Source: the human T2T-CHM13v2.0 reference genome, Homo sapiens | Strand: one strand, 5' to 3' | DNA length: 64,000 bases | Assembly (NCBI RefSeq): GCF_009914755.1 | Contig: NC_060936.1 | Made by a program: the position numbers and the translations under genes | Shown here: positions 27,176-41,500 of the stretch, one piece after another | Layout of the letters: every line of letters begins with the position of its first letter | Numbering within the stretch: the first letter of the stretch is position 1 | The notes under the pieces: generated by a model | What the model was told of the DNA's origin: nothing | Databases searched by the model: none | Seen by the model: only the letters and a program-made list of their open reading frames with translations

Positions 27176-30100
27176 TGCAGACTTTACAAAGACAGTGTCT
27201 CCAAACTCCTCCATCAAAAGAAAGGTTATACTCTGTGAATTGAACGCACACATCACAAAGTAGTTTCTGAGAATGATTCTGTCTAGTTTTTATACGAAGA
27301 TATTTCCTTTTCTACATTTGGCCTAAAAGCGCTTGAAATCTCCACCTGCAAATATCACAAAAAGAGGGTTTCACATCTGCTCTGTCTGAAGGACAGTTCA
27401 CCTCTGTGAGTTGAATAGAGGCAACACAAAGAACTTACTCAGTATTCTTCTTTCTAGCGTTCTATGAAGAAATCCCGTTTCCAACGAAGGCCTCAAAGAG
27501 GTCCAAATATCTGCTTGCAGACTTAACAGACAGAGTGTTTCCAAACTACTCTATGAAAAGAAAGCTTAAACTCCTTGAGTTGAACGCACACATCACAAAG
27601 TAGTTTCTGAGAACGATTCTGTCTAGTTTTTATACGAAGATGTTTCCTTTTCTACATTTGGTCTCAAAGCGATTGAAATCTCCAACTGGAAACTGCACAA
27701 ATAGGGTGTTTCAAATCTGCTCTGTCTAAAGGAAGGTTCAACTCTGTGAGTTGAATACACACACCACAAATAAGTTACTGAGAATTCTTCTGTCGAACAT
27801 TACTTGAAGAAATCCCGTTTCCAATGAAGGCCTCAAAGAGGTCCAAATAACCACTTGCAGACATTACAAACAGAGTGTTTCCAAACTGCTCCATCAAAAG
27901 AAAGGTTAAACTCTGTGAGCTGAACACACACATAAAAAAGAAGTTTCTGTGAATGATTCTGTCTAGATTTTATAAGAAGATGTTTCCTTTTCTACCGTAG
28001 GCCTCAAAGCGCTTGAAATCTCCAGCTGCAAATTCCACAAAAAGGGTGTTTAACATCTGCTCTTCTAAAGGAAAGTTCAACTCTATGAGTTGAATACACA
28101 CAGCACAAAGAAGTTACTGAGACTTCTTCTGTCTAACATTATATGAAGAAATCCCGTTTCCATCGAAGGCCTCAAAGAGGTCCAAATATCTGCTTGCAGA
28201 CTTTACAGACAGAGTGTTTCCAAACTGCTCCATCAAAAGAAAGGTTAAACTCCTTGAGTTGAACACACACATCACAAAGTAGTTTCTGTGAATGATTCTG
28301 TCTAGTTTTTATACGAAGATGTTTCCTTTTCTACCTTTGGTCTCAAAGCGATTGAAATCTCCACATGGAAACTCCACAAAAAGAGTGTTTCAAATCTGCT
28401 CTTTCTGAAGGAAGGTTCATCTCTGTGAGTTGAATACACACACCACAAATAAGTTACTGAGAATTCTTCTGTGTAACATTATATGAGGAAATCCCGTTTC
28501 CAACGAAGGCCTCAAAGAGATCCAAATATCCACTTGCAGACTTTACAAAGACAGTGTCTCCAAACTCCTCCATCAAAAGAAAGGTTATACTCTGTGAATT
28601 GAACGCACACATCACAAAGTAGTTTCTGAGAATGATTCTGTCTAGTTTTTATACGAAGATATTTCCTTTTCTACATTTGGCCTAAAAGCGCTTGAAATCT
28701 CCACCTGCAAATATCACAAAAAGAGGGTTTCACATCTGCTCTGTCTAAAGGACAGTTCACCTCTGTGAGTTGAATAGAGGCAACACAAAGAACTTACTCA
28801 GTATTCTTCTTTCTAGCGTTCTATGAAGAAATCCCGTTTCCAACGAAGGCCCCAAAGAGGTCCAAATATCTGCTTGCAGACTTTACAGACAGAGTGTTTC
28901 CAAACTACTCTATGAAAAGAAAGCTTAAACTCCTTGAGTTGAACGCACACATCACAAAGTAGTTTCTGAGAATGATTCTGTCTAGTTTTTATACGAAGAT
29001 GTTTCCTTTTCTACATTTGGTCTCAAAGCGATTGAAATCTCCAACTGGAAACTGCACAAATAGGGTGTTTCAAATCTGCTCTGTCTAAAGGAAGGTTCAA
29101 CTCTGTGAGTTGAATACACACACCACAAATAAGTTACTGAGAATTCTTCTGTCGAACATTACATGAAGAAATCCCGTTTCCAACGAAGGCCTCAAAGACG
29201 TCAAAATATCCACTTGCAGACATTACAAACAGAGTGTTTCCAAACTGCTCCATCAAAAGAAAGGTTAAACTCTGTGAGCTGAACACACACATCAAAAAGA
29301 AGTTTCTGTGAATGATTCTGTCTAGATTTTATAAGAAGATGTTTCCTTTTCTACCGTAGGCCTCAAAGCGCTTGAAATCTCCAGCTGCAAATTCCACAAA
29401 AATGGTGTTTAACATCTGCTCTTCTAAAGGAAAGTTCAACTCTATGAGTTGAATATACACAGCACAAAGAAGTTACTGAGACTTCTCCTATCAAACATTA
29501 TATGAAGAAATCCCGTTTCCAACGAAGGCCTCAAAGAGGTCCAAATATCTGCTTGCAGACTTTACAGACAGAGTGTTTCCAAACTGCTCCATCAAAAGAA
29601 AGGTTAAACTCCTTGAGTTGAACACACACATCACAAAGTAGTTTCTGTGAATGATTCTGTCTAGTTTTTATACGAAGATGTTTCCTTTTCTACCTTTGGT
29701 CTCAAAGCGATTGAAATCTCCACATGGAAACTCCACAAAAAGAGTGTTTCAAATCTGCTCTTTCTGAAGGAAGGTTCATCTCTGTGAGTTGAATACACAC
29801 ACCACAAATAAGTTACTGAGAATTCTTCTGTGTAACATTATATGAGGAAATCCCGTTTCCAACGAAGGCCTCAAAGAGGTCCAAATATCCACTTGCAGAC
29901 TTTACAAAGACAGTGTCTCCAAACTCCTCCATCAAAAGAAAGGTTATACCCTGTGAATTGAACGCACACATCAGAAAGTAGTTTCTGAGAATGATTCTGT
30001 CTGGTTTTTATACGAAGATATTTCCTTTTCTACATTTGGCCTAAAAGCGCTTGAAATCTCCACCTGCAAATATCACAAAAAGAGGGTTTCACATCTGCTC

Positions 30101-33100
30101 TGTCTAAAGGACAGTTCACCTCTGTGAGTTGAATAGAGGCAACACAAAGAACTTACTCAGTATTCTTCTTTCTAGCGTTCTATGAAGAAATCCCGTTTCC
30201 AACGAAGGCCCCAAAGAGGTCCAAATATCTGCTTGCAGACTTTACAGACAGAGTGTTTCCAAACTACTCTATGAAAAGAAAGCTTAAACTCCTTGAGTTG
30301 AACGCACACATCACAAAGTAGTTTCTGAGAATGATTCTGTCTAGTTTTTATACGAAGATGTTTCCTTTTCTACATTTGGTCTCAAAGCGATTGAAATCTC
30401 CAACTGGAAACTGCACAAATAGGGTGTTTCAAATCTGCTCTGTCTAAAGGAAGGTTCAACTCTGTGAGTTGAATACACACACCACAAATAAGTTACTGAG
30501 AATTCTTCTGTCGAACATTACTTGAAGAAATCCCGTTTCCAATGAAGGCCTAAAAGAGGTCCAAATAACCACTTGCAGACATTACAAACAGAGTGTTTCC
30601 AACCTGCTCCATCAAAAGAAAGGTTAAACTCTGTGAGCTGAACACACACATCAAAAAGAAGTTTCTGTGAATGATTCTGTCTAGATTTTATAAGAAGATG
30701 TTTCCTTTTCTACCGTAGGCCTCAAAGCGCTTGAAATCTCCAGCTGCAAATTCCACAAAAAGGGTGTTTAACATCTGCTCTTCTAAAGGAAAGTTCAACT
30801 CTATGAGTTGAATACACACAGCACAAAGAAGTTACTGAGACTTCTTCTGTCTAACATTATATGAAGAAATCCCGTTTCCAACGAAGGCCTCAAAGAGGTC
30901 CAAATATCTGCTTGCAGACTTTACAGACAGAGTGTTTCCAAACTGCTCCATCAAAAGAAAGGTTAAACTCCTTGAGTTGAACACACACATCACAAAGTAG
31001 TTTCTGTGAATGATTCTGTCTAGTTTTTATACGAAGATGTTTCCTTTTCTACCTTTGGTCTCAAAGCGATTGAAATCTCCACATGGAAACTCCACAAAAA
31101 GAGTGTTTCAAATCTGCTCTTTCTGAAGGAAGGTTCATCTCTGTGAGTTGAATACACACACCACAAATAAGTTACTGAGAATTCTTCTGTGTAACATTAT
31201 ATGAGGAAATCCCGTTTCCAACGAAGGCCTCAAAGAGATCCAAATATCCACTTGCAGACTTTACAAAGACAGTGTCTCCAAACTCCTCCATCAACAGAAA
31301 GGTTATACTCTGAATTGAACGCACACATCACAAAGTAGTTTCTGAGAATGATTCTGTCTAGTTTTTATACGAAGATATTTCCTTTTCTACATTTGGCCTA
31401 AAAGCGCTTGAAATCTCCACCTGCAAATATCACAAAAACAGGGTTTCACATCTGCTCTGTCTAAAGGACAGTTCACCTCTGTGAGTTGAATAGAGGCAAC
31501 ACAAAGAACTTACTCAGTATTCTTCTTTCTAGCGTTCTATGAAGAAATCCCGTTTCCAACGAAGGCCCCAAAGAGGTCCAAATATCTGCTTGCAGACTTT
31601 ACAGACAGAGTGTTTCCAAACTACTCTATGAAAAGAAAGCTTAAACTCCTTGAGTTGAACGCACACATCACAAAGTAGTTTCTGAGAATGATTCTGTCTA
31701 GTTTTTATACGAAGATGTTTCCTTTTCTACATTTGGTCTCAAAGCGATTGAAATCTCCAACTGGAAACTGCACAAATAGGGTGTTTCAAATCTGCTCTGT
31801 CTAAAGGAAGGTTCAACTCTGTGAGGTGAATACACACACCACAAATAAGTTACTGAGAATTCTTCTGTCGAACATTACTTGAAGAAATCCCGTTTCCAAC
31901 GAAGGCCTCAAAGAGGTCCAAATATCTACTTGCAGACATTACAAACAGAGTGTTTCCAGACTGCTCCATCAAAAGAAAGGTTAAACTCTGTGAGCTGAAC
32001 ACACACATCAAAAAGAAGTTTCTGTGAATGATTCTGTCTAGATTTTATAAGAAGATGTTTCCTTTTCTACCGTAGGCCTCAAAGCGCTTGAAATCTCCAG
32101 CTGCAAATTCCACAAAAAGGGTGTTTAACATCTGCTCTTCTAAAGGAAAGTTCAACTCTATGAGTTGAATACACACAGCACAAAGACGTTACTGAGACTT
32201 CTCCTATCAAACATTATATGAAGAAATCCCGTTTCCAACGAAGGCCTCAAAGAGGTCCAAATATCTGCTTGCAGACTTTACAGACAGAGTGTTTCCAAAC
32301 TGCTCCACCAAAAGAAAGGTTAAACTCCTTGAGTTGAACACACACATCACAAAGTAGTTTCTGTGTATGATTCTGTCTAGTTTTTATACGAAGATGTTTC
32401 CTTTTCTACCTTTGGTCTCAATGCGATTGAAATCTCCACATGGAAACTCCACAAAAAGAGTGTTTCAAATCTGCTCTTTCTGAAGGAAGGTTCAACTCTG
32501 TGAGTTGAATACACACACCACAAATAAGTTACTGAGAATTCTTCTGTGTAACATTATATGAGGAAATCCCGTTTCCAACGAAGGCCTCAAAGAGATCCAA
32601 ATATCCACTTGCAGACTTTACAAAGACAGTGTCTCCAAACTCCTCCATCAAAAGAAAGGTTATACTCTGTGAATTGAACGCACACATCACAAAGTAGTTT
32701 CTGAGAATGATTCTGTCTAGTTTTTATACGAAGATATTTCCTTTTCTACATTTGGCCTAAAAGCGCTTGAAATCTCCACCTGCAAATATCACAAAAAGAG
32801 GGTTTCACATCTGCTCTGTCTAAAGGACAGTTCACCTCTGTGAGTTGAATAGAGGCAACACAAAGAACTTACTCAGTATTCTTCTTTCTAGCGTTCTATG
32901 AAGAAATCCCGTTTCCAACGAAGGCCCCAAAGAGGTCCAAATATCTGCTTGCAGACTTTGCAGACAGAGTGTTTCCAAACTACTCGATGAAAAGAAAGCT
33001 TAAACTCCTTGAGTTGAACGCACACATCACAAAGTAGTTTCTGAGAATGATTCTGTCTAGTTTTTATACGAAGATGTTTCCTTTTCTACATTTGGTCTCA

Positions 33101-36100
33101 AAGCGATTGAAATCTCCAACTGGAAACTGCACAAATAGGGTGTTTCAAATCTGCTCTGTCTAAAGGAAGGTTCAACTCTGTGAGTTGAATACACACACCA
33201 CAAATAAGTTACTGAGAATTCTTCTGTCGAACATTACTTGAAGAAATCCCGTTTCCAACGAAGGCCTCAAAGAGGTCCAAATATCCACTTGCAGACATTA
33301 CAAACAGAGTGTTTCCAAACTTCTCCATCAAAGGAAAGGTTAAACTCTGTGAGCTGAACACACACATCAAAAAGAAGTTTCTGTGAATGATTCTGTCTAG
33401 ATTTTATAAGAAGATGTTTCCTTTTCTACCGTAGGCCTCAAAGCGCTTGAAATCTCCAGCTGCAAATTCCACAAAAAGGGTGTTTAACATCTGCTCTTCT
33501 AAAGGAAAGTTCAACCCTATGAGTTGAATACACACAGCACAAAGAAGTTACTGAGACTTGTCCTATCAAACATTATATGAAGAAATCCCGTTTCCATCGA
33601 AGGCCTCAAAGAGGTCCAAATATCTGCTTGCAGACTTTACAGACAGAGTGTTTCCAAACTGCTCCATCAAAAGAAAGGTTAACCTCCTTGAGTTGAACAC
33701 ACACATCACAAAGTAGTTTCTGTGAATGATTCTGTCTAGTTTTTATACGAAGATGTTTCCTTTTCTACCTTTGGTCTCAAAGCGATTGAAATCTCCACAT
33801 GGAAACTCCACAAAAAGAGTGTTTCAAATCTGCTCTTTCTGAAGGAAGGTTCATCTCTGTGAGTTGAACACACACACCACAAATAAGTTACTGAGAATTC
33901 TTCTGTGTAACATTATATGAGGAAATCCCGTTTCCAACGAAGGCCTCAAAGAGGTCCAAATATCCACTTGCAGACTTTACAAAGACAGTGTCTCCAAACT
34001 CCTCCATCAAAAGAAAGGTTATACTCTGTGAATTGAACGCACACATCACAAAGTAGTTTCTGAGAATGATTCTGTCTAGTTTTTATACGAAGATATTTCC
34101 TTTTCTACATTTGGCCTAAAAGCGCTTGAAATCTCCACCTGCAAATATCACAAAAAGAGGGTTTCACATCTGCTCTGTCTAAAGGACAGTTCACCTCTGT
34201 GAGTTGAATAGAGGCAACACAAAGAACTTACTCAGTATTCTTCTTTCTAGCGTTCTATGAAGAAATCCCGTTTCCAACGAAGGCCCCAAAGAGGTCCAAA
34301 TATCTGCTTGCAGACTTTACAGACAGAGTGTTTCCAAACTACTCTATGAAAAGAAAGCTTAAACTCCTTGAGTTGAACGCACACATCACAAAGTAGTTTC
34401 TGAGAATGATTCTGTCTAGTTTTTATACGAAGATGTTTCCTTTTCTACATTTGGTCTCAAAGCGATTGAAATCTCCAACTGGAAACTGCACAAATAGGGT
34501 GTTTCAAATCTGCTCTGTCTAAAGGAAGGTTCAACTCTGTGAGTTGAATACACACACCACAAATAAGTTACTGAGAATTCTTCTGTGGAACATTACTTGA
34601 AGAAATCCCGTTTCCAACGAAGGCCTCAAAGAGGTCCAAATATCCACTTGCAGACATTACAAACAGAGTGTTTCCAAACTGCTCCATCAAAAGAAAGGTT
34701 AAACTCTGTGAGCTGAACACACACATCAAAAAGAAGTTTCTGTGAATGATTCTGTCTAGATTTTATAAGAAGATGTTTCCTTTTCTACCGTAGGCCTCAA
34801 AGCGCTTGAAATCTCCAGCTGCAAATTCCACAAAAAGGGTGTTTAACATCTGCTCTTCTAAAGGAAAGTTCAACTCTATGAGTTGAATACACACAGCACA
34901 AAGAAGTTACTGAGACTTGTCCTATCAAACATTATATGAAGAAATCCCGTTTCCAACGAAGGCCTCAAAGAGGTCCAAATATCTGCTTGCAGACTTTACA
35001 GACAGAGTGTTTCCAAACTGCTCCATCAAAAGAAAGGTTAACCTCCTTGAGTTGAACACACACATCACAAAGTAGTTTCTGTGAATGATTCTGTCTAGTT
35101 TTTATACGAAGATGTTTCCTTTTCTACCTTTGGTCTCAAAGCGATTGAAATCTCCACATGGAAACTCCACAAAAAGAGTGTTTCAAATCTGCTCTTTCTG
35201 AAGGAAGGTTCATCTCTGTGAGTTGAATACACACACCACAAATAAGTTACTGAGAATTCTTCTGTGTAACATTATATGAGGAAATCCCGTTTCCAACGAA
35301 GGCCTCAAAGAGGTCCAAATATCCACTTGCAGACTTTACAAAGACAGTGTCTCCAAACTCCTCCATCAAAAGAAAGGTTATACTCTGTGAATTGAACGCA
35401 CACATCACAAAGTAGTTTCTGAGAATGATTCTGTCTAGTTTTTATACGAAGATATTTCCTTTTCTACATTTGGCCTAAAAGCGCTTGAAATCTCCACCTG
35501 CAAATATCACAAAAAGAGGGTTTCACATCTGCTCTGTCTAAAGGACAGTTCACCTCTGTGAGTTGAATAGAGGCAACACAAAGAACTTACTCAGTATTCT
35601 TCTTTCTAGCGTTCTATGAAGAAATCCCGTTTCCAACGAAGGCCCTAAAGAGGTCCAAATATCTGCTTGCAGACTTTACAGACAGAGTGTTTCCAAACTA
35701 CTCTATGAAAAGAAAGCTTAAACTCCTTGAGTTGAACGCACACATCACAAAGTAGTTTCTGAGAATGATTCTGTCTAGTTTTTATACGAAGATGTTTCCT
35801 TTTCTACATTTGGTCTCAAAGCGATTGAAATCTCCAACTGGAAACTGCACAAATAGGGTGTTTCAAATCTGCTCTGTCTAAAGGAAGGTTCAACTCTGTG
35901 AGTTGAATACACACACCACAAATAAGTTACTGAGAATTCTTCTGTCGAACATTACTTGAAGAAATCCCGTTTCCAACGAAGGCCTCAAAGAGGTCCAAAT
36001 ATCCACTTGCAGACATTACAAACAGAGTGTTTCCAACCTGCTCCATCAAAAGAAAGGTTAAACTCTGTGAGCTGAACACACACATCAAAAAGAAGTTTCT

Positions 36101-38560
36101 GTGAATGATTCTGTCTAGATTTTATAAGAAGATGTTTCCTTTTCTACCGTAGGCCTCAAAGCGCTTGAAATCTCCAGCTGCAAATTCCACAAAAAGGGTG
36201 TTTAACATCTGCTCTTCTAAAGGAAAGTTCAACTCTATGAGTTGAATACACACAGCACAAAGAAGTTACTGAGACTTCTATCAAACATTATATGAAGAAA
36301 TCCCGTTTCCAACGAAGGCCTCAAAGAGGTCCAAATATCTGCTTGCAGACTTTACAGACAGAGTGTTTCCAAACTGCTCCATCAAAAGAAAGGTTAAACT
36401 CCTTGAGTTGAACACACACATCACAAAGTAGTTTCTGTGAATGATTCTGTCTAGTTTTTATACGAAGATGTTTCCTTTTCTACCTTTGGTCTCAATGCGA
36501 TTGAAATCTCCACATGGAAACTCCACAAAAAGAGTGTTTCAAATCTGCTCTTTCTGAAGGAAGGTTCAACTCTGTGAGTTGAATACACACACCACAAATA
36601 AGTTACTGAGAATTCTTCTGTGTAACATTATATGAGGAAATCCCGTTTCCAACGAAGGCCTCAAAGAGATCCAAATATCCACTTGCAGACTTTACAAAGA
36701 CAGTGTCTCCAAACTCCTCCATCAAAAGAAAGGTTATACTCTGTGAATTGAACGCACACATCACAAAGTAGTTTCTGAGAATGATTCTGTCTAGTTTTTA
36801 TACGAAGATATTTCCTTTTCTACATTTGGCCTAAAAGCGCTTGAAATCTCCACCTGCAAATATCACAAAAAGAGGGTTTCACATCTGCTCTGTCTAAAGG
36901 ACAGTTCACCTCTGTGAGTTGAATAGAGGCAACACAAAGAACTTACTCAGTATTCTTCTTTCTAGCGTTCTATGAAGAAATCCCGTTTCCAACGAAGGCC
37001 CCAAAGAGGTCCAAATATTTGCTTGCAGACTTTACAGACAGAGTGTTTCCAAACTACTCTATGAAAAGAAAGCTTAAACTCCTTGAGTTGAACGCACACA
37101 TCACAAAGTAGTTTCTGAGAATGATTCTGTCTAGTTTTTATACGAAGATGTTTCCTTTTCTACGTTTGGTCTCAAAGCGATTGAAATCTCCAACTGGAAA
37201 CTGCACAAATAGGCTGTTTCAAATCTGCTCTGTCTAAAGGAAGGTTCAACTCTGTGAGTTGAATACACACACCACAAATAAGTTACTGAGAATTCTTCTG
37301 TCGAACATTACTTGAAGAAATCCCGTTTCCAACGAAGGCCTCAAAGAGGTCCAAATATCCACTTGCAGACATTACAAACAGATTGTTTCCAACCTGCTCC
37401 ATCAAAAGAAAGGTTAAACTCTGTGAGCTGAACACACACATCAAAAAGAAGTTTCTGTGAATGATTCTGTCTAGATTTTATAAGAAGATATTTCCTTTTC
37501 TACCGTAGGCCTCAAAGCGCTTGAAATCTCCAGCTGCAAATTCCACAAAAAGGGTGTTTAACATCTGCTCTTCTAAAGGAAAGTTCAACTCTATGAGTTG
37601 AATACACACAGCACAAAGAAGTTACTGAGACTTCTCCTATCAAACATTATATGAAGAAATCCCGTTTCCAACGAAGGCCTCAAAGAGGTCCAAATATCTG
37701 CTTGCAGACTTTACAGACAGAGTGTTTCCAAACTGCTCCATCAAAAGAAAGGTTAAACTCCTTGAGTTGAACACACACATCACAAAGTAGTTTCTGTGAA
37801 TGATTCTGTCTAGTTTTTATACGAAGATGTTTCCTTTTCTACCTTTGGTCTCAAAGCTATTGAAATCTCCACATGGAAACTCCACAAAAAGAGTGTTTCA
37901 AATCTGCTCTTTCTGAAGGAAGGTTCATCTTTGTGAGTTGAATACACACACCACAAATAAGTTACTGAGAATTCTTCTGTGTAACATTATATGAGGAAAT
38001 CCCGTTTCCAACGAAGGCCTCAAAGAGATCCAAATATCCACTTGCAGACTTTACAAAGACAGTGTCTCTAAACTCCTCCATCAAAAGAAAGGTTATACTC
38101 CGTGAATTGAACGCACACATCACAAAGTAGTTTCTGAGAATGATTCTGTCTAGTTTTTATACGAAGATATTTCCTTTTCTACATTTGGCCTAAAAGCGCT
38201 TGAAATCTCCACCTGCAAATATCACAAAAAGAGGGTTTCACATCTGCTCTGTCTGAAGGACAGTTCACCTCTGTGAGTTGAATAGAGGCAACACAAAGAA
38301 CTTACTCAGTATTCTTCTTTCTAGCGTTCTATGAAGAAATCCCGTTTCCAACGAAGGCCCCAAAGAGGTCCAAATATCTGCTTGCAGACTTTACAGACAG
38401 AGTGTTTCCAAACTACTCTATGAAAAGAAAGCTTAAACTCCTTGAGTTGAACGCACACATCACAAAGTAGTTTCTGAGAATGATTCTGTCTAGTTTTTAT
38501 ACGAAGATGTTTCCTTTTCTACATTTGGTCTCAAAGCGATTGAAATCTCCAACTGGAAAC
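27176..38560. repeat. Second copy of the >8-HOR block 6794-~18180 (offset 20,382, then 20,379 after a 3-bp deletion)
   Basis: U21-U29 reproduce in order the diagnostic variants of U6-U14, e.g. GACTTAAC, ATACCCT/CAGAAAG, the 2-bp deletion, GAGGTGAA, ACTTTGCA/CTCGATG, CTACGTTT/TAGGCTG/AGATTG, AAGCTAT, CCGTGA. Confidence 0.92.
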
Positions 38561-41500
38561 TCCACAAAAAGAGTGTTTCAAATCTGCTCTGTCTAAAGGA
38601 AGGTTCAACTCTGTGAGTTGAATACACACACCACAAATAAGTTACTGAGAATTCTTCTGTCGAACATTACTTGAAGAAATCCCGTTTCCAACGAAGGCCT
38701 CAAAGAGGTCCAAATATCCACTTGCAGACATTACAAACAGAGTGTTTCCAAACTGCTCCATCAAAAGAAAGGTTAAACTCTGTGAGCTGAACACACACAT
38801 CAAAAAGAAGTTTCTGTGAATGATTCTGTCTAGATTTTATAAGAAGATGTTTCCTTTTCTACCGTAGGCCTCAAAGCGCTTGAAATCTCCAGCTGCAAAT
38901 TCCACAAAAAGGGTGTTTAACATCTGCTCTTCTAAAGGAAAGTTCAACTCTATGAGTTGAATACACACAGCATAAAGAAGTTACTGAGACTTCTCCTATC
39001 AAACATTATATGAAAAAATCCCATTTCCAACGAAGGCCTCAAAGAGGTCCAAATATCTGCTTGCAGACTTTACAGACAGAGTGTTTCCAAACTGCTCCAT
39101 CAAAAGAAAGGTTAACCTCCTGAGTTGAACACACACATCACAAAGTAGTTTCTGTGAATGATTCTGTCTAGTTTTTATACGAAGATGTTTCCTTTTCTAC
39201 CTTTGGTCTCAAAGCGATTGAAATCTCCACATGGAAACTCCACAAAAAGAGTGTTTCAAATCTGCTCTTTCTGAAGGAAGGTTCATCTTTGTGAGTTGAA
39301 TACACACACCACAAATAAGTTACTGAGAATTCTTCTGTGTAACATTATATGAGGAAATCCCGTTTCCAACGAAGGCCTCAAAGAGGTCCAAATATCCACT
39401 TGCAGACTTTACAAAGACAGTGTCTCCAAACTCCTCCATCAAAAGAAAGGTTATACTCTGTGAATTGAACGCACACATCACAAAGTAGTTTCTGAGAATG
39501 ATTCTGTCTAGTTTTTATACGAAGATATTTCCTTTTCTACATTTGGCCTAAAAGCGCTTGAAATCTCCACCTGCAAATATCACAAAAAGAGGGTTTCACA
39601 TCTGCTCTGTCTAAAGGACAGTTCACCTCTGTGAGTTGAATAGAGGCAACACAAAGAACTTATTCAGTATTCTTCTTTCTAGCGTTCTATGAAGAAATCC
39701 CGTTTCCAACGAAGGCCCCAAAGAGGTCCAAATATCTGCTTGCAGACTTTACAGACAGAGTGTTTCCAAACTACTCTATGAAAAGAAAGCTTAAACTCCT
39801 TGAGTTGAACGCACACATCACAAAGTAGTTTCTGAGAATGATTCTGTCTAGTTTTTATACGAAGATGTTTCCTTTTCTACATTTGGTCTCAAAGCGATTG
39901 AAATCTCCAACTGGAAACTGCACAAATAGGGTGTTTCAAATCTGCTCTGTCTAAAGGAAGGTTCAACTCTGTGAGTTGAATACACACACCACAAATAAGT
40001 TACTGAGAATTCTTCTGTCGAACATTACTTGAAGAAATTCCGTTTCCAACGAAGGCCTCAAAGAGGTCCAAATATCCACTTGCAGACATTACAAACAGAG
40101 TGTTTCCAAACTGCTCCATGAAAAGAAAGGTTAAACTCTGTGAGCTGAACACACACATCAAAAAGAAGTTTCTGTGAATGATTCTGTCTAGATTTTATAA
40201 GAAGATGTTTCCTTTTCTACCGTAGGCCTCAAAGCGCTTGAAATCTCCAGCTGCAAATTCCACAAAAAGGGTGTTTAACATCTGCTCTTCTAAAGGAAAG
40301 TTCAACTCTATGAGTTGAATACACACAGCACAAAGAAGTTACTGAGACTTCTCCTATCAAACATTATATGAAGAAATCCCGTTTCCAACGAAGGCCTCAA
40401 AGAGGTCCAAATATCTGCTTGCAGACTTTACAGACAGAGTGTTTCCCAACTGCTCCATCAAAAGAAAGGTTAACCTCCTTGAGTTGAACACACACATCAC
40501 AAAGTAGTTTCTGTGAATGATTCTGTCTAGTTTTTATACGAAGATGTTTCCTTTTCTACCTTTGGTCTCAAAGCGATTGAAATCTCCACATGGAAACTCC
40601 ACAAAAAGAGTGTTTCAAATCTGCTCTTTCTGAAGGAAGGTTCATCTCTGTGAGTTGAATACACACACCACAAATAAGTTACTGAGAATTCTTCTGTGTA
40701 ACATTATAAGAGGAAATCCCGTTTCCAACGAAGGCCTCAAAGAGGTCCAAATATCCACTTGCAGACCTTACAAAGACAGTGTCTCCAAACTCCTCCATCA
40801 AAAGAAAGGTTATACTCTGTGAATTGAACGCACACATCACAAAGTAGTTTCTGAGAATGATTCTGTCTAGTTTTTATACGAAGATATTTCCTTTTCTACA
40901 TTTGGCCTAAAAGCGCTTGAAATCTCCACCTGCAAATATCACAAAAAGAGGGTTTCACATCTGCTCTGTCTGAAGGACAGTTCACCTCTGTGAGTTGAAT
41001 AGAGGCAACACAAAGAACTTACTCAGTATTCTTCTTTCTAGCGTTCTATGAAGAAATCCCGTTTCCAACGAAGGCCCCAAAGAGGTCCAAATATCTGCTT
41101 GCAGACTTTACAGACAGAGTGTTTCCAAACTACTCTATGAAAAGAAAGCTTAAACTCCTTGAGTTGAACGCACACATCACAAAGTAGTTTCTGAGAATGA
41201 TTCTGTCTAGTTTTTATACGAAGATGTTTCCTTTTCTACATTTGGTCTCAAAGCGATTGAAATCTCCAACTGGAAACTCCACAAAAAGAGTGTTTCAAAT
41301 CTGCTCTGTCTAAAGGAAGGTTCAACTCTGTGAGTTGAATACACACACCACAAATAAGTTACTGAGAATTCTTCTGTCGAACATTACTTGAAGAAATCCC
41401 GTTTCCAACGAAGGCCTCAAAGAGGTCCAAATATCCACTTGCAGACATTACAAACAGAGTGTTTCCAAACTGCTCCATCAAAAGAAAGGTTAAACTCTGT

